Positions 26,151 through 36,376 are shown, counted from the stretch's first letter. The stretch: 64,000 bases of DNA from Erysipelotrichaceae bacterium (GCA_015059045.1 SVBD01000008.1:9355-73354), one strand, 5' to 3'. Numbers and translations are program-made. Notes: generated by a model not told the origin, from the sequence alone.

Positions 26151-29100
26151 ATGGCAGAAGTAAAAAAATCATTTCTATCAGTTGATGGTAATACTGCAAC
26201 AGCTTTAGCTTCTTATAACTTTACAGAAGTAGCTAGTATTTATCCTATCACTCCATCCTCAACTATGGCTGAATTAGTTGAACAATACGCTTGTGAAGGC
26301 AAGAAAAATTGCTTTGGTACACAAGTTAAAGTCGTTGAAATGCAATCAGAAGCAGGTGCTTCAGGTACAGTTCACGGTGCATTACAAGCAGGTGCATTAT
26401 CAACAACATATACTGCATCACAAGGTTTATTATTAATGATTCCAAACATTTACAAATGGGTTGGAGAATGTTTACCAGCAGTTTTACACGTATCAGCTAG
26501 AAGCTTAGCTACACGTTCATTATCAATCTTTGGTGACCACCAAGACGTTTATGCTTGCCGTCAAACAGGTGCAACAATGATCTGTGCTCACTCAGTTCAA
26601 GAATGTGCTGACTTAGCTCCAGTTGCTCACTTAACCGCAATCAAATCAAGAGTCCCAGTAATCCATTTCTTCGATGGTTTCAGAACATCTCATGAAATTC
26701 AAAACGTTGAATTCGTTTCTGATGAAGATTGGAGTTCATTAATTGATCAAGATCAATTACAAGCATTCAGAAAGAGTGCATTAAATCCACACTCACACCC
26801 AGTTACACGTGGTGGTGCTGAAAACGATGACATCTATTTCCAAGGTAGAGAAGCTCAAAACTCACACTTTGCAAATGTTGTTAAAGTTGCAGAAGAATAC
26901 TTCAAAGAAGCAACTCGTTTAACAGGTAGAACATACGCTCCATTTGTTTACTATGGTGCTGAAGATGCTGAAAGAGTAATCGTTGCTATGGGTTCAGTTA
27001 CAGAATGTATAAGAGAAGTAGTTGACTCATTAAATGCAAAAGGTGAAAAAGTAGGTTTAGTTAAAGTTCACTTATACCGTCCTTTCTCAGCTAAACACTT
27101 AGTAGATGTAATTCCTGCATCAGTTAAGAAAATTGCTGTATTAGACAGAACAAAAGAAATGGGCGCTACAGGAGAACCATTATATCTAGATGTAGTTTCT
27201 GCATTAGAACAAGAAGGACGTAACGTTGAAGTTGTTCTAGGTGGACGTTATGGTTTATCAAGTAAAGATACTCAACCAAAACACATGAAATCAGTATTTG
27301 ATTTCTTAAATGCAGAAAATAACTGGCACTCATTCACAGTTGGAATTAATGATGATGTTACTCACTTATCAATTCCAGTTGATGAAGAATTCCATGTTGA
27401 AGCAAACTACACATCATGTTTATTCTATGGCTTAGGTAGTGATGGAACAGTTTCTGCAAATAAATCATCAATTAAGATTATTGGTGATGCAACAGGACAA
27501 TACGCACAAGCTTACTTTGCTTATGACTCAAGAAAAGCTGGTGGTGTTACTCGTTCACACTTAAGATTTGGTAAAGAACCAATTCACTCAACATACTATA
27601 TTGAACATGCTGACTTCTTATCATGTTCATTAGACTCATATATCTTCAAATTCGATATGCTAAAATGCTTAAAGAAAGGTGGAACATTCCTTTTAAATAC
27701 AGACATTCCAGCTAGTGAAATCGAAGCAAGATTACCAAACAGATTAAAGAGACAATTAGCTAAGAAGAATGCTAAATTCTATATTATCGACGCTAATGCT
27801 ATTGCTGGTAAAATCGGTTTAGGACGTAGAACAAATACAATTTTACAAGCTTCATTCTTCTACTTAAATCAAAGCATTATGCCATATGCAGAAGCTCAAG
27901 ATTGGATGAAGAAATTCGCTAAGAAAGCTTATGGTAAAAAAGGTGATGATATCGTTCAAATGAACTGGGAAGCTATCGATGCAGGTGCAGAAGGATTAGT
28001 TGAAGTTCCAGTTAAAGCTGAATGGGCAGAATTACCAGGAAATAGAGTATATGCGACTACAGGTGATGAATACTTCGATTCATATGTTAACGTTATTGGA
28101 TCATTAGATGGTTATGATTTACCAGTTAGCAAATTCACAGAATATGAATTATTAGATGGAACAATGAGAAACGATGTTACATTTAAAGAAAAACGTTCTA
28201 TCGCTGATAGAGTTCCAGTATGGCATAAAGAATACTGTATCCAATGTAACCAATGTGCATTCGTATGTCCACATGCTACAATTAGACCATTCTTATTAAA
28301 TGATGAAGAATTCGCTGGATTACCAGAAAACGTTAAAGATGATGTCTTACCAGCAATTGGTGGACCTCAATCTAAAGGTTTAAGATTCAGAATTCAAGTT
28401 ACTCCAAGAAACTGTGTTGGTTGTGGATTATGTGTTGTTGAATGTCCAGGTAAACCAGTTAAAGATGAAAATGGCAACTTAGTCAAGATGAAAGCTTTAT
28501 CAATGGTTGAATCAAAATCTCAATTCGAAGTTCAAGAACCAGCTGCAGATTACTTATACAAACACGTTGAATACAAAACAGGTGGAACACCAGTTACAAC
28601 AGTTAAAGGCGCTTCATTCTTAATGCCTTATGTTGAAGTTTCAGGTGCTTGTGCTGGATGTGGAGAAACTCCATATTATAGATTAGCTTCTCAATTATTC
28701 GGTAGAGATATGTTAATCGCTAACGCTACAGGTTGTTCTTCAATTTATAATGGTTCAACTCCATTAACTCCATTCTGTACAGATAAGAATGGCGAAGGTG
28801 TTGCTTGGGCTAACTCATTATTCGAAGATAACGCAGAATATGGTTATGGTATGAGAGTTGCTACAGACTACAAACTTGCAGATATCTGCCGTATCTTAGA
28901 AGCAAATAAAGCAGAATGTGAAGAAGAATTACAAGCTGCAATTGATGATTACATCGCTCACATCAAAGATCGTGATTATGTAAGAACAATTAAAGATAAC
29001 TTAGTCGCATTAGTTGAAAAATCAACTTGTGAAGGTGTTAAAGAAGTTCTTGCTTATAAGAATGACTTAGTTGATAAATCAGTATGGATCGTCGGTGGTG

Positions 29101-29723
29101 ACGGATGGGCTTATGACATCGGTTACGGCGGACTTGATCACGTATTAGCTAACGAAGAAGATGTTAACGTAATGGTATTAGATACAGAAGTTTACTCAAA
29201 TACAGGTGGACAATCATCTAAATCATCTCAAACAGGTTCTATCGCTAAATTTACAGCTTCAGGAAAGAAATCTGCTAAGAAATTCTTAGCGTTAATCGCT
29301 ATGAGTTATGGTCACGTTTACGTTGCTCAAGTTTCTATGGGTGCTAATAAAGTTCAAGCTATTAAAGCATTAAAAGAAGCTGAAAGCTATAATGGACCAT
29401 CTATCGTAATTTGTTACTCACCATGTGCTAACCACGGTATTAAAGGTGGATTAGCTAACGCTCAAATTACTGAAAAGAAAGCTGTTGAATGTGGATACTT
29501 CCCAATCTTCAGATATGATCCAAGATTAAAAGAACAAGGTAAAGATCCATTACAAATCGATTGCCAAGAACCAGATTTCAGCAAATTCAGAGATTTCTTA
29601 ATGACAGAAACACGTTATTCTCAATTACCAAAAGTAAATCCAGAACATTGTGAAGAGTTATTAACAAAATCACAAAAATACGCTGAAGATCGTTGGAATA
29701 GATTAAAGAAATTCCACGACTAA
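26151..29723 (+). CDS. nifJ: Pyruvate:ferredoxin (flavodoxin) oxidoreductase, single-chain PFOR
   Basis: 1190 aa. Two 4Fe-4S ferredoxin motifs (CIQCNQCAFVCP; CVGCGLCVVECP). TPP-binding GDG...N region. N-terminal domain I typical of por/nifJ. Confidence 0.95.
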   Translation: MAEVKKSFLSVDGNTATALASYNFTEVASIYPITPSSTMAELVEQYACEGKKNCFGTQVKVVEMQSEAGASGTVHGALQAGALSTTYTASQGLLLMIPNIYKWVGECLPAVLHVSARSLATRSLSIFGDHQDVYACRQTGATMICAHSVQECADLAPVAHLTAIKSRVPVIHFFDGFRTSHEIQNVEFVSDEDWSSLIDQDQLQAFRKSALNPHSHPVTRGGAENDDIYFQGREAQNSHFANVVKVAEEYFKEATRLTGRTYAPFVYYGAEDAERVIVAMGSVTECIREVVDSLNAKGEKVGLVKVHLYRPFSAKHLVDVIPASVKKIAVLDRTKEMGATGEPLYLDVVSALEQEGRNVEVVLGGRYGLSSKDTQPKHMKSVFDFLNAENNWHSFTVGINDDVTHLSIPVDEEFHVEANYTSCLFYGLGSDGTVSANKSSIKIIGDATGQYAQAYFAYDSRKAGGVTRSHLRFGKEPIHSTYYIEHADFLSCSLDSYIFKFDMLKCLKKGGTFLLNTDIPASEIEARLPNRLKRQLAKKNAKFYIIDANAIAGKIGLGRRTNTILQASFFYLNQSIMPYAEAQDWMKKFAKKAYGKKGDDIVQMNWEAIDAGAEGLVEVPVKAEWAELPGNRVYATTGDEYFDSYVNVIGSLDGYDLPVSKFTEYELLDGTMRNDVTFKEKRSIADRVPVWHKEYCIQCNQCAFVCPHATIRPFLLNDEEFAGLPENVKDDVLPAIGGPQSKGLRFRIQVTPRNCVGCGLCVVECPGKPVKDENGNLVKMKALSMVESKSQFEVQEPAADYLYKHVEYKTGGTPVTTVKGASFLMPYVEVSGACAGCGETPYYRLASQLFGRDMLIANATGCSSIYNGSTPLTPFCTDKNGEGVAWANSLFEDNAEYGYGMRVATDYKLADICRILEANKAECEEELQAAIDDYIAHIKDRDYVRTIKDNLVALVEKSTCEGVKEVLAYKNDLVDKSVWIVGGDGWAYDIGYGGLDHVLANEEDVNVMVLDTEVYSNTGGQSSKSSQTGSIAKFTASGKKSAKKFLALIAMSYGHVYVAQVSMGANKVQAIKALKEAESYNGPSIVICYSPCANHGIKGGLANAQITEKKAVECGYFPIFRYDPRLKEQGKDPLQIDCQEPDFSKFRDFLMTETRYSQLPKVNPEHCEELLTKSQKYAEDRWNRLKKFHD

Positions 29724-29739
29724 TTAAGTAGAATTTTAT

Positions 29740-29766
29740 AGAGTGCGTTTTCGCACTCTTTTTTTG
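29740..29766 (+). terminator. Rho-independent terminator after the PFOR gene
   Basis: agagtgcg-tttt-cgcactct followed by ttttttt. Confidence 0.8.
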
Positions 29767-29788
29767 TTGAATTTATAGGTTTCTTCGA

Positions 29789-29819
29789 TTGACATTTTCA
29801 AACGGGGGGGGGTTATAAT
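29789..29819 (+). promoter_or_regulatory. Sigma-70-type promoter TTGACA-N19-TATAAT with a G9 homopolymer inside the spacer
   Basis: ttgaca ttttcaaac ggggggggg t tataat. G9 at 29804-29812. 19-nt spacer (optimum 17). RBS aaaggaga and ATG at 29844 follow. Confidence 0.55.
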
Positions 29820-29843
29820 TTTCTTAGAAAGGAGAATAAAAAA

Positions 29844-30308
29844 ATGAAAGCACTAAATGTATTATCAAAAGTTTTCTTTGTTATTTCTGTTTCATTCATT
29901 TCTGCTCTTTGTGTTTTTGATATTGGAATTGCATCTCTAGCACAACTTGCGATTTTAGCTGTATTATTAGGTATTTTCCTAAGATACACTAAAGGGGATG
30001 TTACTCAAAGAATAGGTAATGCTTTATATATCTTTGGATGCCTTTTTGTAATTGTAACCATTTTTGTTAGCGAATATATAGCATTTGGCTGTATTCTTGC
30101 AATAGTAGGCGTAGGATTTGCTGGATTTGGTTATTTTGTAGATTTCTTAATTTATGTAAAATCAAGTAAAACTGCAAAAGTATTAAATCCAAATATGGAT
30201 CCAAAAGTTGTTGCGTTAAAGACTTGGAAACAATATTGTGAAGAAGGATTTGTCACAAAAGAAGAGTACGAAGAAAAACGTAAAGAAATTCTTAATATTA
30301 ACGAATAA
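29844..30308 (+). CDS. Membrane protein (3-4 TM) with C-terminal SHOCT-like domain
   Basis: Hydrophobic N-terminal two-thirds. C-terminal KTWKQYCEEGFVTKEEYEEKRKEIL resembles the SHOCT short C-terminal domain. Confidence 0.5.
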   Translation: MKALNVLSKVFFVISVSFISALCVFDIGIASLAQLAILAVLLGIFLRYTKGDVTQRIGNALYIFGCLFVIVTIFVSEYIAFGCILAIVGVGFAGFGYFVDFLIYVKSSKTAKVLNPNMDPKVVALKTWKQYCEEGFVTKEEYEEKRKEILNINE

Positions 30309-30319
30309 AGAATTAATAA

Positions 30320-30346
30320 AGGCGCTATTTTTTAGCGCTTTTTTTG
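30320..30346 (+). terminator. Rho-independent terminator
   Basis: ggcgct-atttttt-agcgc followed by tttttttg. Confidence 0.65.
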
Positions 30347-30492
30347 TGTGGTAATAGGCATATTGTTTTTTCAGGATTAAAAATTTATATTTCAAGATCT
30401 ATTATGATTTACGCTTTAATTATTTTATATGCATTTAGACATATATTTTATTACAACGAAAAACAAGAGAATAGTTAGTTCCCTTGTTTTCT

Positions 30493-31713
30493 TTATTTAG
30501 ATATTAAATGATTTGTATAATCTCGATCAATAGTTGGATAAGCAAAGAAATTTTCATTGATTAACTTAATTCTAGCAACTAACATATTTTTGATTTGTGT
30601 ATCAGTTAGTTTTTCATTCATTGGAACTAATAAATCAAATACGATATTTGTATGTGTTGGTCCTTTTACTATTCTAAAATCATGAATAGAGCAAGGGAAT
30701 GAAAAGTCTTTTAAGCAACTTAATACTTGGTGTTTTACTTCGTCTTGATAAGGATCATTTAATACTACAGGATCCATATGAATGGTAGTGAATATTTTTA
30801 ACTCTTCTAGACATGCTTTTTCGATGTTATCAATTAAATCGTGAGATATTAATACATCAATTTGAGAATCGATTTCTACATGGCAAGTTGCAAATATACA
30901 ATTTGGACCATAACTATGCATTTGTAAATCGTGAATTCCTAAAATATTTTCATATGATAAAACTTTATTAGTGAAAGCTTGCACTGTTTCTTTTTCTGGG
31001 GCTTTTCCTAGTAGTGGGTCTACTGTTTCTAAAATTAATTTATATCCAGATATTCCAATGAAAACTCCAACTAAGCAACCTAAAATTCCATCCAAACTTA
31101 CTTTTCCAAGTGGTACAAAGAAATTAATTATCATACCAATTAAAACTACTGAAGTCATGATTACATCATTTCTTGAATCTACTGCAGTTGCTTTTAATAC
31201 TGATGAATCAATTTTATTTCCAACAGAATAATTTACTAACGCTTGATAGATTTTAAATAAAATAGCAAACCCTAATATACTAAGAGTAACAACAAATTCT
31301 GTTGTTCCCATTTTAGAGTTAACTTTTACTCCTCTAGCAACATCGATAATATCCATTACAGATGAATATATTAACACTATTCCTAAAGCCGCAATTAATA
31401 TTGATACGATAAATCCGGCAATATATTCAATTCTAGCGTGACCAAATGGATGATCGTTGTCCGCTGGTTTATTAGATAATTTGATTCCAATTAACGAAAT
31501 GAAACTACTAGAAGCATCTGTTAAATTATTAACAGCATCAGCGGTAATAGAAATAATATTAAATAATAATCCAACAACGAATTTTAAGGAGCAAATTATA
31601 AAGTTAGAAACGATTCCAAAAATACTAGCAAGTGTGCCATATTTTGAACGGACTTTGCTATCTTTTACATCGTTAGGATTTTTAATAAATATTTTGGTTA
31701 ATAATTTAAACAT
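30493..31713 (-). CDS. Cation diffusion facilitator (CDF) family divalent-metal efflux transporter
   Basis: CDF signature around DASSSFISLIG...HPFGHARIEY. Six TM segments and C-terminal cytoplasmic domain. Start chosen at MFKLL, which has an AAGGAG RBS (ORF track begins 51 nt upstream). Confidence 0.75.
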   Translation of the reverse strand: MFKLLTKIFIKNPNDVKDSKVRSKYGTLASIFGIVSNFIICSLKFVVGLLFNIISITADAVNNLTDASSSFISLIGIKLSNKPADNDHPFGHARIEYIAGFIVSILIAALGIVLIYSSVMDIIDVARGVKVNSKMGTTEFVVTLSILGFAILFKIYQALVNYSVGNKIDSSVLKATAVDSRNDVIMTSVVLIGMIINFFVPLGKVSLDGILGCLVGVFIGISGYKLILETVDPLLGKAPEKETVQAFTNKVLSYENILGIHDLQMHSYGPNCIFATCHVEIDSQIDVLISHDLIDNIEKACLEELKIFTTIHMDPVVLNDPYQDEVKHQVLSCLKDFSFPCSIHDFRIVKGPTHTNIVFDLLVPMNEKLTDTQIKNMLVARIKLINENFFAYPTIDRDYTNHLISK

Positions 31714-31883
31714 AAATAACTCCTTATTAATTCTATTAATTAAATTATAAGATATATAAATCAAAATTTGTTAATAATTGTGATTTTAAATTAGATATTT
31801 TTTGATTTATTGTTTTCTATTTTTTCATATTATATAATTTAATCACTTTTCTAAGAAAAGGTAAACGATTAAAAGGTGAGATT

Positions 31884-33473
31884 ATGGAATTTATATTAAA
31901 TAATATTTATTTACCACTTGAAGCAAGTGAAGATTTACTTCCATCATTAATTTCTAAAATGATTAAAGTAGATGTTTCATATATTGAAAGTTATAAAATC
32001 ATTAAAAAAGCAGTTGATTCTAGAAATAAGAAGAGAATTCTTTTTGTCTATTCCTTATTAGTAAATTTAAATCGCCATTTCGATCACATTTTAATCAACC
32101 CTAATGTTAGAAAAAACACTATGATTGAAGAAATTGATTTACCACAAGTAAAATCAAAAAACAAACCAATTGTAGTCGGATTTGGTCCATGTGGAATGTT
32201 TTCAGCATTAATTTTAGCTCGTGCAGGATTAAAACCAATTGTCATTGAAAGAGGTAAAAAAGTAGAAGAAAGAATTAAAGATGTTAATGCTTTTAAAGAA
32301 AAATCTATTTTAAATCCTGAAAGTAATTTTTGCTTTGGTGAAGGTGGAGCAGGGACTTTTTCTGATGGTAAATTAATTACAGGTGTTAATGATCCAAAAG
32401 TACGTTTTGTATTAAATGAATTAATTAAACATGGAGCACCAGAAGATGTATATTATTTAAATCACCCTCATGTAGGATCTGATAAATTAATAGATGTAGT
32501 AAAAAATATTCGTAAAGAGATTATTTCCCTAGGTGGTAAAGTTTTATTTGAAACTAAATTTATTGATTTTGTGGAAGAAGATGAAGTACTTAAAGGAGTA
32601 ATAATCGAAGATAAAAATAATGAAAGAAAAACTCTTGAATGCGATGATTGTATTTTAGCAATTGGACATAGTGCAAGAGATACATTTATTAATCTATATA
32701 ATCATAATTTGAAAATGAATCCAAAAGCTTTTTCTCTTGGAGTCAGAATTGAACATTTACAAGAAGATTTAGATAAGTGCCAATATGGTAAAGAATATAA
32801 GAATCCTAAATTACCAAGAGCCGATTATAAACAAGTAGTTCATTTACCAAATGGTAGAGCAGTTTATACTTTCTGTATGTGTCCTGGAGGAGAAGTAGTT
32901 GGCACTCCAACTTTAGAAAATACATTAGTAACAAATGGAATGAGTAATTATAGTCGTGATATGACTAATTGTAATGCTGCGTTATTAGTTAACATTACAG
33001 TAGATGATTATTATATTAACTCTCCATTAGATGGAATGTATCTTCAGGAAGCATTAGAAAAAGAGGCGTTTAATGTAAATGAACCATATCGAGCTCCTTG
33101 TCAAAAAGTAAGTGACTTCTTACTAGATCAAGTAAGTATTTTCTATGGAAAAGTCCGTCCAAGTTATAAACCAGGTACTTACTTTACTAAATTAAGTAGC
33201 ATTCTTTTACCAATTGTTTACGATTCATTAAGAGAAGCAATTCCTCTTATTGGTAAGAAATTAAAAATATTTAAAGATCCAGATGCAATCATTACTGGAA
33301 TTGAAACTAGATCCTCTTCTCCAATTCAAATTCCTAGAGATGATGAATTAAATTCATCAATTAAGAATTTATATCCTGCTGGAGAAGGTGCTTCTTATTC
33401 TGGTGGAATTACAACAAGTGCGTTAGATGGAATTAAAGTAGCGTTAAAAATCGTAGAAAAATATCAAGGATAA
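31884..33473 (+). CDS. FAD-dependent protein, COG2509 family (paralog of 10350..11768)
   Basis: VVGFGPCGMFSALILARAG Rossmann motif; GEGGAGTFSDGKL motif. Confidence 0.6.
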   Translation: MEFILNNIYLPLEASEDLLPSLISKMIKVDVSYIESYKIIKKAVDSRNKKRILFVYSLLVNLNRHFDHILINPNVRKNTMIEEIDLPQVKSKNKPIVVGFGPCGMFSALILARAGLKPIVIERGKKVEERIKDVNAFKEKSILNPESNFCFGEGGAGTFSDGKLITGVNDPKVRFVLNELIKHGAPEDVYYLNHPHVGSDKLIDVVKNIRKEIISLGGKVLFETKFIDFVEEDEVLKGVIIEDKNNERKTLECDDCILAIGHSARDTFINLYNHNLKMNPKAFSLGVRIEHLQEDLDKCQYGKEYKNPKLPRADYKQVVHLPNGRAVYTFCMCPGGEVVGTPTLENTLVTNGMSNYSRDMTNCNAALLVNITVDDYYINSPLDGMYLQEALEKEAFNVNEPYRAPCQKVSDFLLDQVSIFYGKVRPSYKPGTYFTKLSSILLPIVYDSLREAIPLIGKKLKIFKDPDAIITGIETRSSSPIQIPRDDELNSSIKNLYPAGEGASYSGGITTSALDGIKVALKIVEKYQG

Positions 33474-33476
33474 AAT

Positions 33477-34022
33477 ATGAAATTAATTAAACATTTTATT
33501 ACTATTACAAGACATCGTCATAAAGTAATTTCAATTTGTTTTAAACTTGGAATTGGATTCCAAGGATTATTCCATGATTTAAGCAAATACTCTTTTAGCG
33601 AGTTTTTTGTGGGCGCGAAATATTATCAAGGTAATAGAAGCCCAAATGTAGTCGAAAGAGAAGTCAAAGGATATTCTTCTGCTTGGTTACACCATAAAGG
33701 AAGAAACAAACATCATGTAGAGTATTGGAGAGATATCAATCCACTTACTGATAAATATGAACCTGTTAAGATGCCGTTAAAATATGTTAAAGAAATGTTT
33801 GCCGATCGTATTGCGGCAACTAAAATTTATAAAGGAAAAAATTATAAGCCATCTGATGTTATGGCGTATTATTTATCGAAAGAATCACAATTAAAGATGC
33901 ATAATGACACTTCAAGAGTGTTAGAGTTATTTATGCAAATGTTAATTGATAAAGGTGAAAAAGAGACATTTAAATTCGTAAAAAAATTTAAGGAGGAAGA
34001 TTATGGCAAGAATTGTAGTTAG
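33477..34022 (+). CDS. Conserved hypothetical protein (family often mis-annotated as catalase; DUF5662-like)
   Basis: GLFHDLSKYS...YYQGNRSPN...AWLHHKGRNKHHVEYW block recalled from Firmicutes homologs. Confidence 0.4.
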   Translation: MKLIKHFITITRHRHKVISICFKLGIGFQGLFHDLSKYSFSEFFVGAKYYQGNRSPNVVEREVKGYSSAWLHHKGRNKHHVEYWRDINPLTDKYEPVKMPLKYVKEMFADRIAATKIYKGKNYKPSDVMAYYLSKESQLKMHNDTSRVLELFMQMLIDKGEKETFKFVKKFKEEDYGKNCS

Positions 34023-34374
34023 ATGCCCAATTTGTAAAGCGACAGCATCTATTGATAATAAAAAGAAAAAAATGAAATGTCCACTTTGTAATAATAAGAC
34101 TCCTTTAAGCATGTGCGAAGTTGTCGTCCCTCCTGAAATAGAAGAAGAATATCATGGAAAATGGTTTCATAATCATATATTTATGGGGGTATTTACTATA
34201 ATAACTGGCATTTTAGGTATTGATTTATTTGTTAAAAAGCGTTATAAAAAAGGTATCATATCTATTTTAATTTGTTGGACAGGCGCGAGTACGATACTTG
34301 GAATCTTTAGGGGATTTGATATTTTAGCTTTAGAAGATGATCAAATAGATGATTACTATAAAAACTTAAAGTAG
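34003..34374 (+). CDS. Zinc-ribbon plus TM2-domain-like membrane protein
   Basis: CPICK...CPLCNN zinc ribbon. Two TM helices with G-rich spacing (GILGIDLFVKKRY...GASTILGIF) like the TM2 domain. Confidence 0.4.
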   Translation: MARIVVRCPICKATASIDNKKKKMKCPLCNNKTPLSMCEVVVPPEIEEEYHGKWFHNHIFMGVFTIITGILGIDLFVKKRYKKGIISILICWTGASTILGIFRGFDILALEDDQIDDYYKNLK

Positions 34375-34384
34375 GAGGTTTATC

Positions 34385-34600
34385 ATGGAAATTGCTCAAT
34401 ATATTTTACTTGGGATAACATCGGCTTTGCTTGTTTGCTTTATTACTTTATTTGTTATTTACATTGTTAAACAAAAAAAGAAAATTGAATTCGATGTTAA
34501 AAAGATGGAAAAGATTTTAATTATTAATGCAAGTGCATTATTTGTGTTTTCCGTTGCGTTTTCAATTTTAAATATCATCGCAACATTAATGTTAAAATAA
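34385..34600 (+). CDS. Small membrane protein (2 TM)
   Basis: RBS GGAGG upstream; two hydrophobic helices. Confidence 0.35.
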   Translation: MEIAQYILLGITSALLVCFITLFVIYIVKQKKKIEFDVKKMEKILIINASALFVFSVAFSILNIIATLMLK

Positions 34601-34611
34601 AAAGTAAAATA

Positions 34612-34648
34612 AAACCCTCACTTCTAAAGCGAGGGTTTCTTTTTTTTT
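34612..34648. terminator. Bidirectional rho-independent terminator
   Basis: aaccctc-(11 nt)-gagggtt followed by ctttttttttt; sits between convergent genes. Confidence 0.65.
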
Positions 34649-34655
34649 GTGATTA

Positions 34656-34886
34656 TTAATCGCAAAGGAATAAGTGTTTAAATAGTAAGCACCATAAGCA
34701 GTCTAACCAACCAATTACGATACCTGATGGGATTGTTACTAAGATAGCAAGGATATATTTGAATAAAGATCCTTTTCTTAATGCGTGAGACCAGCGAACG
34801 CCAATTTCAACAATCCAGTTTACTACTGGAATAAGTAACAATAAGATTTGAACTAATCTTGATTGTTTTTCAAACCATTTTTCCAT
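34656..34886 (-). CDS. Small membrane protein (2 TM), unknown
   Basis: RBS-like aggagg upstream on the minus strand (tagGAGGAAAAATCTATG); hydrophobic. Confidence 0.4.
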   Translation of the reverse strand: MEKWFEKQSRLVQILLLLIPVVNWIVEIGVRWSHALRKGSLFKYILAILVTIPSGIVIGWLDCLWCLLFKHLFLCD

Positions 34887-34988
34887 AGATTTTTCCTCCT
34901 ATTATTAATGTATCATATTTTAATAAATTGATAAATATGTTTTTTAATCTTTGATTAATAGATTTAAAAAATATATATTATTAATTAG

Positions 34989-35435
34989 GTGAATAAAATG
35001 GACTACAACTTATTAAAAGAACAATTAGCTACAAAAAGTGTTGAAGAATTAATGGATATTCAACAAGAAGCTTTACTAACAATTAGACCTTGTTTAGTTG
35101 CATTAAATAAAAGTGCAAATGTTGATGTTAATAAAGGGTTTTTCTTGTTTTGTATGGCTTGTGTTGGCTGTGATAAAAAAGTTGATGAAAATGAGTATCA
35201 ATTAATAAAAAAATTCATTAACATTAATGTAACTATTTCTCAAGTACAAGAATATGTTAATGAATTATTAAATAATAAATTATTAGATTTTGCATATGAA
35301 TTAACCACTTCAATTAAAAATATTTCTAATGAAGGTAAAGAAGAATTAATTCGTTTTGCTTGTTGCTTTTTAATTTCTGATAAATTTAATCAAGATAAAG
35401 AAGAGTTCTTAAATAAATTAATTAATATTCACTAA
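34989..35435 (+). CDS. Hypothetical acidic cytoplasmic protein
   Basis: ORF with RBS AGGTGA; no motif recognised. Confidence 0.35.
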   Translation: MNKMDYNLLKEQLATKSVEELMDIQQEALLTIRPCLVALNKSANVDVNKGFFLFCMACVGCDKKVDENEYQLIKKFININVTISQVQEYVNELLNNKLLDFAYELTTSIKNISNEGKEELIRFACCFLISDKFNQDKEEFLNKLINIH

Positions 35436-36376
35436 AAGTGAATTGGGATATTTTTATTTGGATTGATGATTTGATCAATTCTTGTGATAATTAAACTAAT
35501 TTCACCTAGCCCGGTGGTGATGTTTTTTACTTTTCCTTGATAAGAAGCAATGTTGCCGCAAGCGAAAATGTTTTCTAATGAAGTTTGATAATAAGAATAA
35601 ACTTTAATTAAGTTATTTTCTTTTTCTACTGGGAAGTTATCTTTGCTTGGTATTTGTCCATATTGAACTAATAAGTAATCAAAGTAGATTTTTTTATTTT
35701 CTTTAGTTTCGTTATCAATAATAGTTATATAGGTTTTATCATTTTCTTTATTTAAAGAAACAACATTATGATTTTTAATGATATTAACTCCAATTTCCTT
35801 CATTTTGTCAACTGAAGATTCTTGTCCTCTAAAGTCGTTTCTTCTATGAATAATAGTTGTATTATTACTTTGTGGTTTAATTAATAAAGAGAAATCAATA
35901 GCCGAATCTCCCCCACCTAAAACGACGACATCTTTATTTTTAAAAATAGAAACATCATTACAAGAGTAAAGAATATTAGAAAATTCTTTTTCATTTTCTA
36001 AACCAATTAATCTAGGAGAGAACATTCCCATACCAGTAGTAATAACTATGCATTTTGTTTGGTAATTAGTTTTAGAAGTTGTAACTATATAATAGTCATC
36101 ACATTTTTTAATATCGACTACGGATTCGTTTAAATGGATAGGTAATTTATTTTCATTTGAAGAGTATTGTTCATAAAGCGATTTAATATAGTCTTTAGCT
36201 TTGATAGATTTAAAACCTGGAACATCAATAATATCTTTTTCAGGATAAAGAGAAGTAAGTTGACCACCAACTTGATCTAATGATTCAAGAACAATTCCTT
36301 TTAATTTGTGTAAAGCACTTAAAGTTGCTCCATATAATCCAATTGGACCGCAACCAATAATAATGATATCTTCCAT
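35432..36376 (-). CDS. Ferredoxin--NADP+ reductase / thioredoxin-reductase-like flavoprotein (YumC type)
   Basis: IIIIGCGPIGLYGA FAD motif. Second dinucleotide motif VVVLGGGDSAIDF. No CxxC redox disulfide. Start chosen at MEDIII, which has a GGAGGT RBS. Confidence 0.65.
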   Translation of the reverse strand: MEDIIIIGCGPIGLYGATLSALHKLKGIVLESLDQVGGQLTSLYPEKDIIDVPGFKSIKAKDYIKSLYEQYSSNENKLPIHLNESVVDIKKCDDYYIVTTSKTNYQTKCIVITTGMGMFSPRLIGLENEKEFSNILYSCNDVSIFKNKDVVVLGGGDSAIDFSLLIKPQSNNTTIIHRRNDFRGQESSVDKMKEIGVNIIKNHNVVSLNKENDKTYITIIDNETKENKKIYFDYLLVQYGQIPSKDNFPVEKENNLIKVYSYYQTSLENIFACGNIASYQGKVKNITTGLGEISLIITRIDQIINPNKNIPIHF

